Assembly (NCBI GenBank): GCA_951406725.2
Contig: OX597818.1
Span: forward strand, 37,076,001 to 37,140,000
Reading direction: 5' to 3'
DNA length: 64,000 bases
DNA from: Octopus vulgaris
Lineage: Eukaryota
In this document: positions 39,561-52,413 of the stretch, one piece after another
Layout: each line of letters starts with the position of its first letter
Numbering within the stretch: the stretch's first letter is position 1
The notes under the pieces: generated by a model
What the model saw: the letters and a program-made list of their open reading frames with translations, nothing else
Told to the model about the DNA's origin: nothing
Databases searched by the model: none
Program-made: the position numbers and the translations under genes

Positions 39561-39754
39561 CATCCATATTTGTCCTCAGATTTTGTAACTGAACAGCAGC
39601 AATAACGGCATAATTTCTTCAGTCTTTGACAACACCAAAATAATAAGAACATAATATTTGCAAAATATCGTATCATAAAATATAAGATTAACTCCTGAGT
39701 CCATGGTGCGATGTTGATTCTTGATTGAAGTTGTAACATATCACATGCTTTCCG
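39561..39754 (-). CDS. Candidate exon encoding a hydrophobic segment plus Cys cluster
   Basis: Boundaries ctctcatag|...GGATG|gtgaga; RKACDMLQLQSRINIAPWTQELILYFMIRYFANIMFLLFWCCQRLKKLCRYCCCSVTKSEDKYG. A second frame is also partly open. Confidence 0.25.
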
Positions 39755-41058
39755 CTATGAGAGTCCTTGTTCTCCGCCTTAGAAATAAAGAGCGTCTGAA
39801 GCATGCCAAAATAATCCAATATTGATTTCTAACACAAGAATTTAAATTTGGTGAGATAGCGAAAGAGTCGATTACATTCTTCCAAGCTTAATATTGGTGT
39901 TCACTTCATCGGCCCCAATATGATAGAAAGCAAAGTCGACTGCAGCGTGATTCGAACAGAGAATGCTTTCGTCTGGCAAACATTTCGTCCGTAACTGATT
40001 CTGTCAATCCGCCAATATAAATCAGTCATGTCCGTCTATATGTTATGAGTTCAAATTCCGCCGTGGTTGATTTTGACTTTCATCCTATCAGGATCGATAA
40101 AATAAATACCAGGCGAACACTGGGGCCGATGTAATCGATTTATCTACTTCCCCGAAATTGCTGGCCTTGTGCCGAAATTTGAAATCAATATTAGTAAATC
40201 ATTTTGAACATCAGATTGCTAGCGTCAAGCCGATCCTAAAACACGGTTTCAATACTTGATTGAAGCTATTTTAATTCAATTTCTTCCCAATGCATTCCCT
40301 CTTAGACTCTCTCCGTACATCTAATACCTTGTATCATACTGAGAAACCATATTAACAGCACTACTAAATCCTAAAAGGGGATGTTCTTTTTCTGGTAATG
40401 CAAATATTAATATAACTATTATCAAAATTATAAATCTGTTAGTGAAAAATAATATAATAACAAAAAGCCTTGTACGAATAAGGAGCAACGTTTAGACAAA
40501 ATTGTGAACTTTAACGGACAATGGTATTTCGGTTGAAGTGGTTTCAATACTTGAAGTGAGGTTAAGATTCTTCTCCAAAGACAGACTCAGTCATAAACTA
40601 TCAACTGCGTGGCAAATGTCAACTTGTAAGTTAAAACAAGTTTCATTCAGCAACTTGGAAGTAAATGTCAAACTCATTTTATTTTTTAAATTAAGATGGT
40701 ATCAAATGATGAATGAGGAGCAATGTCAGCCTATGTATAAAAGGACGGTGTCCATTTGGAGAGTTAATAATAATATCAACTAACGAATTATTAAGCTTCA
40801 GTTTATATTACATATGTAAACTAGTGCTAATGGCGAACAGCGAACGGTCAAGTAAGCTTGTACTCTTAGACGATTGACCCATATGTAAAATATTGGGTTT
40901 AGGTGCTAGCTAGGCTACATAGCTTTGAATTTATGCATGGTGAAGAAGATGTAAAATCTTGTGACTAACATACCTTTACTAAACGCATAGGTTGCGTAAG
41001 TGGTCTGAAATGGTTTGAACGAGTGTAGGAACTTCAGGTATGGGTCACCACTATATTG

Positions 41059-41270
41059 ATTTCAAATTTTGGCACAAGGCGAGTAATTTCGAAGGAAGAG
41101 CTAAGACGATCAGACCGATTCCAGTGCTCAGCCGGTACTTATTATATCGACACTGAAAGAATGGAACACAAAGTCGGTATCGGCGGATTTTGAACTCAGG
41201 ACGTAAAAACGGACGAAATGCCGCAACGCATTTTGTCCGGCATACAAACGTATTTGCCAGCTCTCCGCCT
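41059..41270 (-). mobile_element. Family B SINE with about 19-bp TSD
   Basis: TATGG(G/T)TCACCACTATATT on both sides. Other decayed B copies lie at 39830-40190 and 52885-53040. Confidence 0.8.
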
Positions 41271-41930
41271 TATGGTTCACCACTATATTAAACTTAAATA
41301 TTAACATGTTAGGTTATTTAGTATGAAACTGAGTAAGGGTAATCAATAAAACTGATTGTCACTGAATTAGTGTAGCGGAATTCTTATCAATATTAAAGCT
41401 AAGGTCGGCTTTTCCTTTCATCCTTACGGTGGTCGATAAAATAAGTTCCAGTCAAGTACTGGGGGTCGATATGTTCGACTGTTTCCTCCCACCACACCTC
41501 TACTCAAAAAAATGTAGCTTTATGTCTCAGTTAGACATCAATATTTACGGTTGTAGTATCATCCGTTTGTTAAGTGGACACAGTACAAACCAGAAAAACT
41601 GCAGTTGATCTTGATGTACGAGTTTAAATCAGACATCAATCACATAGAATATAGAAGTGGTTATTACTACTGATGTTTTTTATTGTAGTTGTTGTTGTTG
41701 TTGTTGATGTTGCCGATGTTGTTTATTAACTCAAATCAGCTCCGATCGAGCCAACTAATGATCAAACAGTCAAAACATTCCGATTGTGACGACCATCTCG
41801 TCTTCTTTCTAGTGTGAAGAGAATTCAGAGCCAAATGATCTAACATTGAGAGCGGGATTTGATTTGGAGGAAATTTGTTGCTACTTCTAGCAAGTCAGAC
41901 GATGAGGCTCCTTCGTTGGCTTACATAGCA

Positions 41931-42296
41931 TCTCTATATATATAAACGCAAAATGTATGTCTGTGTGTGTGTGCGTATCCTTTATACAAATCCACAATTT
42001 TTCAGTTAGAGGGCTCGCACTTTCTATGGTCATTCAAAACCGTCCAAGGGTGGTCGTGCACATCTTTACATTTCCCCAGTCACCCCTCAAAGCCATTAAA
42101 AAAATCAATAGAAGTGACTTTTTTTGTGAATTTTCTATCCAAAACCCAATCAAAATGCCCGACGCCAATTGAATGCCAGCTAGCTGAATGTGATTGGTCG
42201 GAGATTTGGACAGTACTCACGTGCATGTGCGCATGCACGCAGTTGTATATGCATGCACTAGCACTATGACCCGGCGTTATCGGGTCATAGTGTTAG
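41931..42296 (+). mobile_element. Non-autonomous Helitron
   Basis: A|TCTCTATATATATAAAC start; 3' hairpin CTAGCACTATGACCCG-GCGTTAT-CGGGTCATAGTGTTAG|T. Confidence 0.78.
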
Positions 42297-42819
42297 TTAT
42301 TATTAAGTCATAACAGCTAGACGCTGTCTTAGTTATTTCAGTTTTCTGAATTACATATATCAAGCTATAATACTGAAATTTAGTTTAGCCTCAAGGTGAT
42401 TCGAACGAGTATTTCATGGGCTATATTATCTTACATGCCTCTTGAGTTTAACACAGGTCGAATATCATTTGAAGAGAGAGATTTGGCTGCTATTTCTAAC
42501 AGCTGAAGCGACTAAGTACGAGTCTCCTTCGTTACGACGTAGACAGTCAACAAACATTTGAGTGGAGAATAAATTAAAGTCCGATCTTAAAGAAAGATTA
42601 ACGTCTCCTGATAGAGTATCTCGAGCCCTAATCTTCGTATTTATGGAACTTACTTGCCTTCAAGTTCATACATTTGACATGAGGGGTTTTAATATTAAAA
42701 TGATATGTCAGTTAAAGAATCAAGTATTTTTCTGCATTCTGTCATAGTAAATTCAAGATATAATCAAACCAACATCATATACATTACTGTCAACACATAC
42801 AATTAAGAATCACAAATTA

Positions 42820-43195
42820 AAGGTGCGGGAGTAAAGTCGCTTGCTTACCAACCACATGGTTCCGGATTCAGTCCCACTACATGGCACCTTGGGCAGACCA
42901 AAGCCTTGTGAGTGGATTTGATAGAGGAAACTGAAAGAAGCCCATCGTGTGTATATATATATATATATGGGGGGGTTGCCTGTCTGTCTGTCTGTGTGTC
43001 TGTGTTTGTCCCCCAACATGGCTTGACAACCAATGTTGGTGTGTTTACGTCCCCGTAACTCAACGGTTTGGCAAAAGAGACCGATAGAATAAGTACTAGG
43101 CTTACAAAGAATAAGTCCTGGGGTCGATTTGTTCGACTAAAGGCGGTGCTCCGGCATGGCCGCAGTCAAATGACTGAAACAAATAAAAGGAAAAA
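42820..43195 (+). mobile_element. Family A SINE
   Basis: Homology to 13190-13604. Confidence 0.85.
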
Positions 43196-43619
43196 AAAAG
43201 AAAGACTGACATATTTCCGTGTTAACAATGAATATATATTACTACAAGCCATAAGCGCACGCATGGCTATGTGTTTAAGAACCTCACTTTGCAACCACGA
43301 AGATTCGGTTCAATCTCGCTGTGCGACACTTTAAGCAAGTACCTTCTATTGTAGCCCCGAACTGACTAATGCTTTATGAGTGAATTTGGTTGTGGAATCC
43401 TACCATTTTCATTCATACATACGTACATACATACGTACGTACGTACGTACATACATACATACATACATACATACATACATACATACATACATACATACAA
43501 TGAAGGAGCCTTGCGTCTAGATTAGAAACTAACTCTTTCTCTATTGGCAAGAAATCTTGAAATAAAACTGAACAATGACATACATACATACATATATATA
43601 TGTATATATAGTAAATTTT

Positions 43620-43810
43620 ATAAAAAAAACAAGCACAAGCACAAAAAACAACTTGAGGGCGTGGTACATGTAAAATATTAGCAGACGCTGAGGGAAGGAA
43701 ACAAAGGTAGTTTTACGTTTCGAGCAAAGCTCTTCTTTAGAAACAGAGGAAAGTCTAATAGAAAAGGAAGACAGAGGAAAAAATCGCCAACGATTCACAT
43801 GTGGTTACAT
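43620..43810 (-). mobile_element. Penelope-like pLTR with G5A-mutant hammerhead (43710-43744)
   Basis: Minus: GTTT CTAAAGA A GAGC-TTT-GCTC GAAA CGTA AAAC; flanks are homologous to 20318-20525. Confidence 0.72.
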
Positions 43811-43823
43811 AAGAACACAAGGA

Positions 43824-44153
43824 GATTAAAGGTTCACTACAGCTGTTTCACACACGTTAATCCGATTACATTATGACAAATCCATTTTCTTCAGGTGAAT
43901 TAACAATTTAGAATTTGTTTCGGAGACAAAATACCACAAGATGTGGATTGACCTTCCCATTTAGGTATCGTGGAAGAGATTGTTTTCATTCTCTTCATTG
44001 CTGCCTAAATGGGAGTGTCAATCTATCTCCCGCGGTGCCATTTTTCTCCGCACCAAATTTTTCAATTTGTAAGTCACCTGAAGAAAACGGATTTTTCATG
44101 ATGTAATTGAAGAAAAAACACCTATGAAACAGCTGTAGCGAACCTTTAATCCA
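43824..44153. mobile_element. Fold-back Penelope-like element with long-stem-II hammerheads in both arms
   Basis: Minus 43833-43899: TTCAC CTGAAGA [38 nt] GAAA CAGCTG TA GTGAA. Plus copy at 44074-44142; the whole segment is an imperfect hairpin. Confidence 0.72.
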
Positions 44154-44451
44154 TTTGTGTTTTTATTTTATACAAACACCATACGTGGAACCGTCCCTAT
44201 GTTGGATCTGGGACTTGCATTGGATAGTGAATTTGCATGCTGTGTGCATGGGTATATATTTTCTTGTATATATGTACTTAGATGTATGTGTATGTACATA
44301 TAGATGTAGATGTACGGATATATCCGTGTATGGACGAGTATTTATGGATGCATTTGAATGTGGTGTATACATGTAAGTACCGAACTCGATTCTCTCTCGG
44401 TGTCCTGAATGTTAAAATACCTTGATTCGAATGAATCCTACAAATGATCGA

Positions 44452-45200
<749 letters not shown>

Positions 45201-46052
45201 TGTGTGTACGTGTGTATATGTATTTCTGTTTCTCATACACAGTTGGTGTTGGTTTCTTTATGCCCCCGTAACTAAGTGGTTCTGCAAAAGAGAAAGATAG
45301 AATAAAAACCAGACTTTAAAAATACGTAAGTACTGGGGGGTTAATTTGTTCAACTAAAACCCATTATGGCAGTGCCCCAGCATGGTCGTAGCCCATTGAC
45401 TTTAACAAGTAAGAAATAACCCAACGCGTGAGTCTGTGTAAGGTTTTTTCGACCAGTTAGAAATAGCGACCTGATTTCCTAAAACTCAATCTACCGTTAG
45501 AAAGAACAAAGAACATGTGGGAAAATATAGTCTAAAACGGGAGGATCACGGATGGAAGGTCTTTGATTAAGTGTTCTGCTAAAGTATTTTTTCACCTGTT
45601 TTTTTTTTTTGTTTCTTTGGCTTTTTATTAGTTTAAAATGTCAAAGTAACTGCACATATTTTAAAAACCGAAATGAAAAAGGGGAATCTGAATTTTAAAT
45701 TCCTGTAGGAATCTAAATACATTTTTAAAATGTTTTAGCTATTTAATTACAATTTTTTCAATGTAAATTAAAAGATTTGCTAGATTCAGATTTCATTTCC
45801 AGCACCAACATCACCAACATCACCAACACCATCATCACCTTATTATCATTCAATTTCCATCCGTGTCTGTATATTGAGAGGTAGGAATATTGAATCGAAG
45901 TTTAATGAATTTAAAATTTTAAATCTGTAAAATAAAATAACAAAAGTCTTGGAAACGTACTTGTCGGGCAAGTGATTTGATCTGAGACCGTGTGTGAAGC
46001 TAAATTTTCGTTGTAGCACATGGCCAAATTTTTGTTGCAGCACATAGCCATG

Positions 46053-46350
46053 TGGAGGCACATGGCCTAGTGATTAGAGCAGCGGACACGCGGTCGAAGG
46101 ATCGCGGGTCCGAATCTCAGACCGGGCGATGTGTGTGTGTTTATGAGTGAAACACCTAAGCTCCACGCGGCTCCGGCAGAAGGTAATGGCGAATTTCTGC
46201 TGACTCTTTCGCCGCATTTTCTCTCACTCTTTCTTCCTACATCTTGCAGCTCACCTGCGACGGACCGGCGTCGCGTCCAGGTGGGAAACCTATACGCCAA
46301 GGAAACCGGGAAACCGGCCCTTATGAGCCAGGCATTGCTCGAGAAGGAAG
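46053..46350 (+). mobile_element. Family C SINE
   Basis: Paralogue of 35372-35680. Confidence 0.88.
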
Positions 46351-47199
46351 GTGCGATGAAAATTTTGACACCAAATAGCAAATCTTTTAAGTGAAATTAA
46401 CAATTTGTGGGCTGAGGGTGTTTCAATGGCTAATATATGTTTTCCGCGCTGCAAAAACCTTAATTGCATCGAAACTCCTCTTCTGCTTACAAATTTAAAA
46501 TAGTAAAGAGAAGAGATTGAAATTTCACTGATTAAGCTAAAGTAACTTTACAATTTCCAGTGAAAATATATTCATTCACTTACCATTACAGTTAGAGTTT
46601 ATAGTTCTCTCAACAATCAAGTATATTATTCCCATGACGACGTAGTGATAAGCAAATACAGTGGATTCCTTTTTTCTCTTTTTTTTTTCCTCCCATTCCC
46701 CCCCCTACCCTCCAAACTGTCAATTTGACTGCAGGACTATTCAAGTCTGAAAGCACGAATAGCACAATTAACACACGTACCATTGTTCCTGAGACCATTC
46801 CATTTCAGCTATTGTTACAACAATGAAGCAGAACATCAAACGTAGACATCAAACACTGCCTTGAATGAAACAGAACCAATATGATAATTCTCACGGTGGC
46901 GAGCGCTGTAGATTAAGACAAAAGTTCCCAGAATGTCGAATTTGCAGCGTACATTCCATTGGTGCTTAAAATCATCTCCGATTTCTTATACACTGCTGCT
47001 TCCATCTCCCTTATTAGCCAATCGCACAAAATAAGGGTCTTGGCAAATTGCTTCAAATCATGTGCTTTATGTATGTATGTATGTATGTATATATGTATGT
47101 ATGTATGTGTGTGCATGTATGTATATATGTGTGTGTGTATGTATGTATGTGTGCGCGCGTGTTTTGTGTGTATGTTTGTGTGTGCGCCAGCGTGTGCTT

Positions 47200-47404
47200 T
47201 CTCTTTTACATTTTTTTAATTGCTGGACTGCGGCCATACTGGAGCATCGCCATGAAATATTTTAGCTGAACAAATCCCACCGCGGTATTTATTTATTTAT
47301 TGCTTCGGGTTCTTTTGCCGAACCGCTGGTCTACGATAACGTAAACAAACCAACTCCAGTTGTCAAGCAGTGGGAGAGAAACAAACAAATACAGAACATA
47401 TACA

Positions 47405-47453
<49 letters not shown>

Positions 47454-47620
47454 TTGTGCACCTATTCACACCGCAGATTTCCACACACTTTCCGTCTACC
47501 AATTTCACTCAGGAGGCATTGGTCGGCCTGATGCTCTAATATGAAACACTTGCCCAAGGTACCACACAGTGGGAGTGAACCAGAAATCACTTGGTTGCAC
47601 AACGAGCTTCTTAACCTTAT
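47200..47620 (-). mobile_element. Old family A SINE
   Basis: ACACTTGCCCAAGGT and CTTTTGCCGAACCGCT landmarks. Confidence 0.75.
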
Positions 47621-48135
47621 AAATATATTCCAGGCATATTAGCAATGATTTTTTTTTCTTTTCGTTTGCGCCAGGGTCACATTTTCTAAAAAACTTGTTG
47701 CATGTGATTTGATTCCACTATATCATTAACATGTATTTTATCTATTCCAAACATATTCAAAAGATACAATGGAAATTGAATTCGTTTCAGTGATATAATC
47801 AACAGTCTATCTTAAAATATCTCGCTTAAGTTCTCAGACATAATATTTTGAGAATATGATTTTGAGTAAAACCAAATTAATCGTAATACATTAGATAAGT
47901 CTTAAATATATATATATATATATATATAACAAGTGAATTTGCATAAAGCAGATGAATTGCATACACATAACAAATTAATTTATCACAGTTCATTTGTCAT
48001 ACATTTTTTAACGTTAAGAATAATCCATTGATAATTCGTAAATTATCATTCCACTGACAAAATTCCACGTACAAAATACTTATAATTATTGGCAATCCTC
48101 ATTTTAACATCGCCTGGCTATTTTTCATGTCTTAC

Positions 48136-48179
48136 CGTGTAATCGTTTCTAGGAAAACCAAACCATCTGCAATTGCCGG
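48136..48179 (-). CDS. Candidate 44-nt exon
   Basis: Boundaries ttgcag|CC GGC AAT TGC ... ACG|gtaaga, reading GNCRWFGFPRNDYT. The acceptor lacks a pyrimidine tract. Confidence 0.25.
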
Positions 48180-48228
48180 CTGCAATTTTTTTTTTTTTTC
48201 GTCTATTAAAATATGTATCATGTACAGT

Positions 48229-48552
48229 GTGGAGGGGCAATGGCCCAGTGGTTAGGGCAGCGGACTCGTGGTCGGAGGATCACGGTTACGATTCCCAGAC
48301 TGGGCGTTGTGTGTGTTTATTGAGCGAAAACACCTAAAGCTCCACGATGCTCCGGGAGGAGGTGGTGACGACCCCTGTTGTACTCTTTCGCCCCAACTTT
48401 CTCTCACTCTGTCTTCCTGTTTGTTGAGTAACGTTGCGATGGACTAGCGTCCCGTCCAGCTGGGGGGAAACACATACGCCACAGAAACCGGGAAACCGGG
48501 CCCATGAGCCTGGCTAGGCTTGAAAAGGGCGCATGCATAAATAAAAAAAATA
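48229..48552 (+). mobile_element. Family C SINE with 12-bp TSD
   Basis: ATCATGTACAGT on both flanks; tRNA-like head. Confidence 0.85.
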
Positions 48553-49199
48553 ATCATGTACAGTACTATTTTAGGTGACAGAAAGTGTGTGTAACTAATA
48601 AGAAAGAAATATACGGCAATAACAAATAATACAACGACTCAATATTTGCATACGAGTATAGTTGGTGGGGGAAAGGCAACATTTTTGGGGTCTATTGTTT
48701 AAATCTGTACAGAACTGGGGTTCCGGGAAAGGCAAATTGAGGGGTCGCCCCGAGCGGCACGCAATCAAGCTAGACCACTGCATTTGCGACATTTCTAGAT
48801 ATACATATATGCAAACAAAGTTGGGGAGCATAAGATTTACGATAGTAATTTCTGTGCCAAATAATATCGCTATTCTAGAATCTACTAAGTAAATGATTTG
48901 AGAATGAATGTGTAACAAAAGAAATACGTTTAATCTCTAATCTTAATAAAATCATATATTTTGTTATAGATGAAAATAAATCATCTTTTGCTACAATGAA
49001 AGCATTAACAAACTAATTCGTCCTTGTGAAATATCAAATTAAAGTATTAAAAATTCACATAGGTTTAGAATATGAATCGTCGGTAAATAATAAGAATCAT
49101 TCATACAGCTGTGAAAAAAAAGTCTAAAGAAATTAAAGAATTCATTGAAATTATAATATTCTCAAGCTAAACTAATAAAAAAAAGATGCATAAATATAG

Positions 49200-49612
49200 A
49201 GGCGCAGAAGTGGTTGCCTGGTAAATGACTTACTTCCCAACCACATGGCTTTAGGTTCAGTTCCACTGCGTGGAATTTTGGGCAAATGTCTTCTACTATA
49301 ACCTCGAGTCCACCAAAGCTCTGTGAATGGATTTGGTAGACAGAAACTGAAAGAAAACGGCGAGCTGGAAGAGACGTTAGCAGGCCGGGCGAAATGCTTA
49401 GCGGTATTTCGTCTGCCGTTACGTTCTGAGTTCAAATTCCGCCGAGGTCGACCTTGCCTTTCATCCTTTCGGGGTCGATAAATTAAGTACCAGTTACACA
49501 CTGGGGTCGATGTAATCGACTTAATCCCTTCGTCTGTCTTTGTTTGTTCCCTCTATGTTTAGCCCCTTGTGAACAATAAAGAAAAAAGAAACTGAAAGAA
49601 GACCCTTGTATT

Positions 49613-49646
<34 letters not shown>

Positions 49647-49795
49647 CCATAACCGATTGACAACCGGTGTTATTTCCCCGGTTCGGCAAAACAGATCGAT
49701 AGAATAAATAGCAGGCTTACTCATTCGATTAAAAATTCTTCAAAGCAGTGCCCCAGCATGACCGCAGTCTGGTGGCTGAAACAAGTAAAAGGTAA
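49200..49795 (+). mobile_element. Family A SINE with a nested family B SINE (49356-49586)
   Basis: TSD AGAAACTGAAAGAA at 49342-49355 and 49587-49600. Confidence 0.88.
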
Positions 49796-50251
49796 AATGT
49801 AAAGATGAAAAAAGTGGATTTTCTTATAGATTACGTCTCTATTTCCTGCGCCATATTTTGAAAGATGCTGCAAAACCATTTAAAAACAGGAAACCTGGAT
49901 ACTTACTTTACAGAAAAAAAAAAGAGAAGAAATCAATAAAACTTCCAAACACACATTCTTTGAATTTATTCAAGACTATAATTATTTTCAATCGATAAGA
50001 AATGTCTTGCTTCGTAAGATGTTCAATTTATTTACTGTAATTTATATCATGCTGATGATTTCTAAACAGAATGAAATGGTGCTGTACGGGATTAACTAAA
50101 ACAAAAAGTTTTAAGACCTTCATAATAAGAAAGCTAAAACAGAATTTAAGTATGTATATTCTGTGTATCCTTTTCCTTATTCCTAATTCCAAATTCAAAC
50201 TTCTAGTCGCGCCAAATATTATAATGAAATGATTACCTTTCTTGTACTTAC

Positions 50252-50269
50252 TGTCCACTAGGGGGCTCC
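50252..50269 (+). promoter_or_regulatory. Candidate CTCF-type binding motif
   Basis: TGTCCACTAGGGGGCTCC closely matches the CCAC(C/T)AG(G/A)GGGC core; an isolated GC-rich word in AT-rich DNA. Confidence 0.35.
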
Positions 50270-50383
50270 ATGTGTCTGAAATATATGAAGTAATACAGTT
50301 CTATATTTAAGAGATGAAGAATTATGTACATTATTTACATTATTTACATTTGACGGATATTTGTCCTCATCTTGTTTGTTGTT

Positions 50384-50429
50384 AACACAACGTTTCGGGT
50401 GATATACCCTCCAGCCTTCATCAGGTGTC
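50384..50429 (-). ncRNA. Minimal type I hammerhead ribozyme (mirror copy)
   Basis: GACAC CTGATGA A GGCTG...CACCC GAAA CGTT GTGTT; one stem II mismatch. Confidence 0.8.
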
Positions 50430-50599
50430 TTGGGGAAATTTCGAACCTGGGTTCTCATTCCTAAGGTATTTTTCGAGGTTATTATTATTATTATTATTAT
50501 TATTATGCAAGTCACTGCCTGGAATCGAACTCGGAATCTTGGGGTTAAGAGTGCGGGCTACTAACCCCAAGATTCCGAGTTCGATTCCAGGCAGTGACT

Positions 50600-50653
<54 letters not shown>

Positions 50654-50700
50654 TCGAAAAATACCTTAGTAATAAGAACCCAGGTTCGAAATTTCCCCAA

Positions 50701-50746
50701 GACACCTGAAGAAGGCTGGAGGGTATATCAGCCGAAACGTTGTGTT
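50701..50746 (+). ncRNA. Intact minimal type I hammerhead ribozyme
   Basis: GACAC CTGAAGA A GGCTG-GAGGGTATAT-CAGCC GAAA CG TT GTGTT: stems I and II pair, palindromic ACGT stem III, predicted cut after 50741. Confidence 0.85.
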
Positions 50747-51405
50747 AACAACAAACAAGATGAGGACAAATATCCGTCAAATGTAAATAATGTATAAGTA
50801 ATATTCGGAATTTCTGTCAGCAATTGTCTTGCAAAGAAAAGCACTAAAAAAATCTTGTCTTCCTACTTTGTGGAACGTTTAGAACTCGATACTACGGTCT
50901 TAAAAAACAGTTTTCGATTATTTAGACTTCCGTTTCTTGCACCTGCTCATGGTATTTAGAAGTAAAGTAAACACAGCGCGATGATGGTGACATGACATGA
51001 ATTAATGACTCTTTAGTAATTAACGCCTACACCGTCTCAATCAGCTGCTACACATTAGAAATACGAGATGGTTTTGGGGGATTCAATGATACTTTACAAG
51101 ATAATAGATTGCGATTTTGTTTCACTTGTGTTCAAACTTTCCTTTTAGGATCTATCCTCGAAGGGTAAAAGTGAATTTAGCCTAGGTTTGAACTCAAAGT
51201 AACGTGACATGAATATCATAATGCATTATTTCTCGTGGAGCATTATTTAAGATCTTAAAATCATGCATTTCCAATAAAGGTCACTCTAGTGAAACTATAC
51301 TCACAGAAAGAGCTCAGCGCTGCACGCTGAGAAAGACTTATCAAAATATAGTGCTCCAACTGTTAACAGCAATGAATTACGCCCATCAGGAGTATACCAA
51401 TTATA

Positions 51406-51638
51406 TATTTCTTTACTGCCCACAAGGGGCTAAACATAGAGGGGACAAACAAGGACAGACAAACGGATGAAGTCGATTATATCGACCCCAGTGCGTAACT
51501 GGTACTTAATTTATCGACGCCGAAAGGATGAAAGGCAAAGTCGACCTCGGCGGAATTTGAACTCAGAACGTAACGGCAGACAAAATGCGGCTACGCATTT
51601 CGCCCGGGGTGCTAACGTTTCTGCCAGCTCGCCGCCTT
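51406..51638 (-). mobile_element. Family B SINE with 16-bp TSD
   Basis: GAGTATACCAATTATA on both sides. Confidence 0.9.
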
Positions 51639-51659
51639 GAGTATACCAATTATACTTAC

Positions 51660-51891
51660 AGCGTTATAAATTTTGTAAGTGTATATGGCATGGATACAGC
51701 CTAAAGAGCGACGTACGGATTTTGGACCGTTCGATTTTGCTAGCAGAAACGCTCTAAAAAAAACATTACCTACTTCCCCTACCCAGACATATCTGTTGTC
51801 AACTTGATTTTCGATTTCTTCAAAAACTAATTTTTCTTTATCCCTCGAGAATTTTTGAAGCACCTGTTTTTCATTTATACAAAACGTATCA
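51660..51891 (-). CDS. Candidate coding exon (232 nt), possibly C-type-lectin-like
   Basis: Boundaries ttttgcttattag|T GAT ACG...AAC GCT|gtaagt; DTFCINEKQVLQKFSRDKEKLVFEEIENQVDNRYVWVGEVG...SLGCIHAIYTYKIYNA. An alternative donor lies at 51770. Confidence 0.5.
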
Positions 51892-52266
51892 CTAATAAGC
51901 AAAATAAGTCACTAGTTGAAAGCTAACATTAAAGCTACATATTTTCCTTTCTACAGTATCTGCAAGCATTGTTAGTTTACTTTGAAAGCTTTTCCATTAT
52001 TTCCTCACGTAAACAGTCTTAGCTCTGATGTTTGCTTCTTGCTGCTAGCTTAGGTTGACGCTGAAATATCTATTATGCTCTTCTAAAATGAATTATTTAA
52101 TCATTACTTTGCTTTGTATTTTTGTTTTCTGGTTTTTCTTTTCGTGTCAACATCCGCGACAATATGATGTATATATTGTTGCAAGAAAAATAATCGTCTT
52201 GCCACTGCACCTACTTTTTTGACCAGCCGTTATAATAAGTATCCTTATGGTTTTACCTCATCTTAC

Positions 52267-52320
52267 TATTTCCTTGCGACCGGTGTCAATTTAAACTTAA
52301 TATCACGAACGTTCGATTGA
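52267..52320 (-). CDS. Candidate 54-nt exon, phase-compatible with 51660-51891
   Basis: Boundaries ttctgtacag|T CAA...AAA TA|gtaaga, reading QSNVRDIKFKLTPVARK(Y). Confidence 0.3.
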
Positions 52321-52413
52321 CTGTACAGAATTTGGCAAGGAAGCTTTAACAAACAAATATATCAACTTGGATACAATTTCCACTGAATTTTAATTTCTTC
52401 ATTTTTGATCAAG

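Larger units (their letters stand above)
50327..50794. mobile_element. Head-to-head inverted pair of a tRNA-headed, hammerhead-tailed element
   Basis: Palindrome centred at about 50555. Each arm has a tRNA-like segment with B box GAGTTCGATTCC, (AAT)n, a linker and a hammerhead. Confidence 0.88.
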
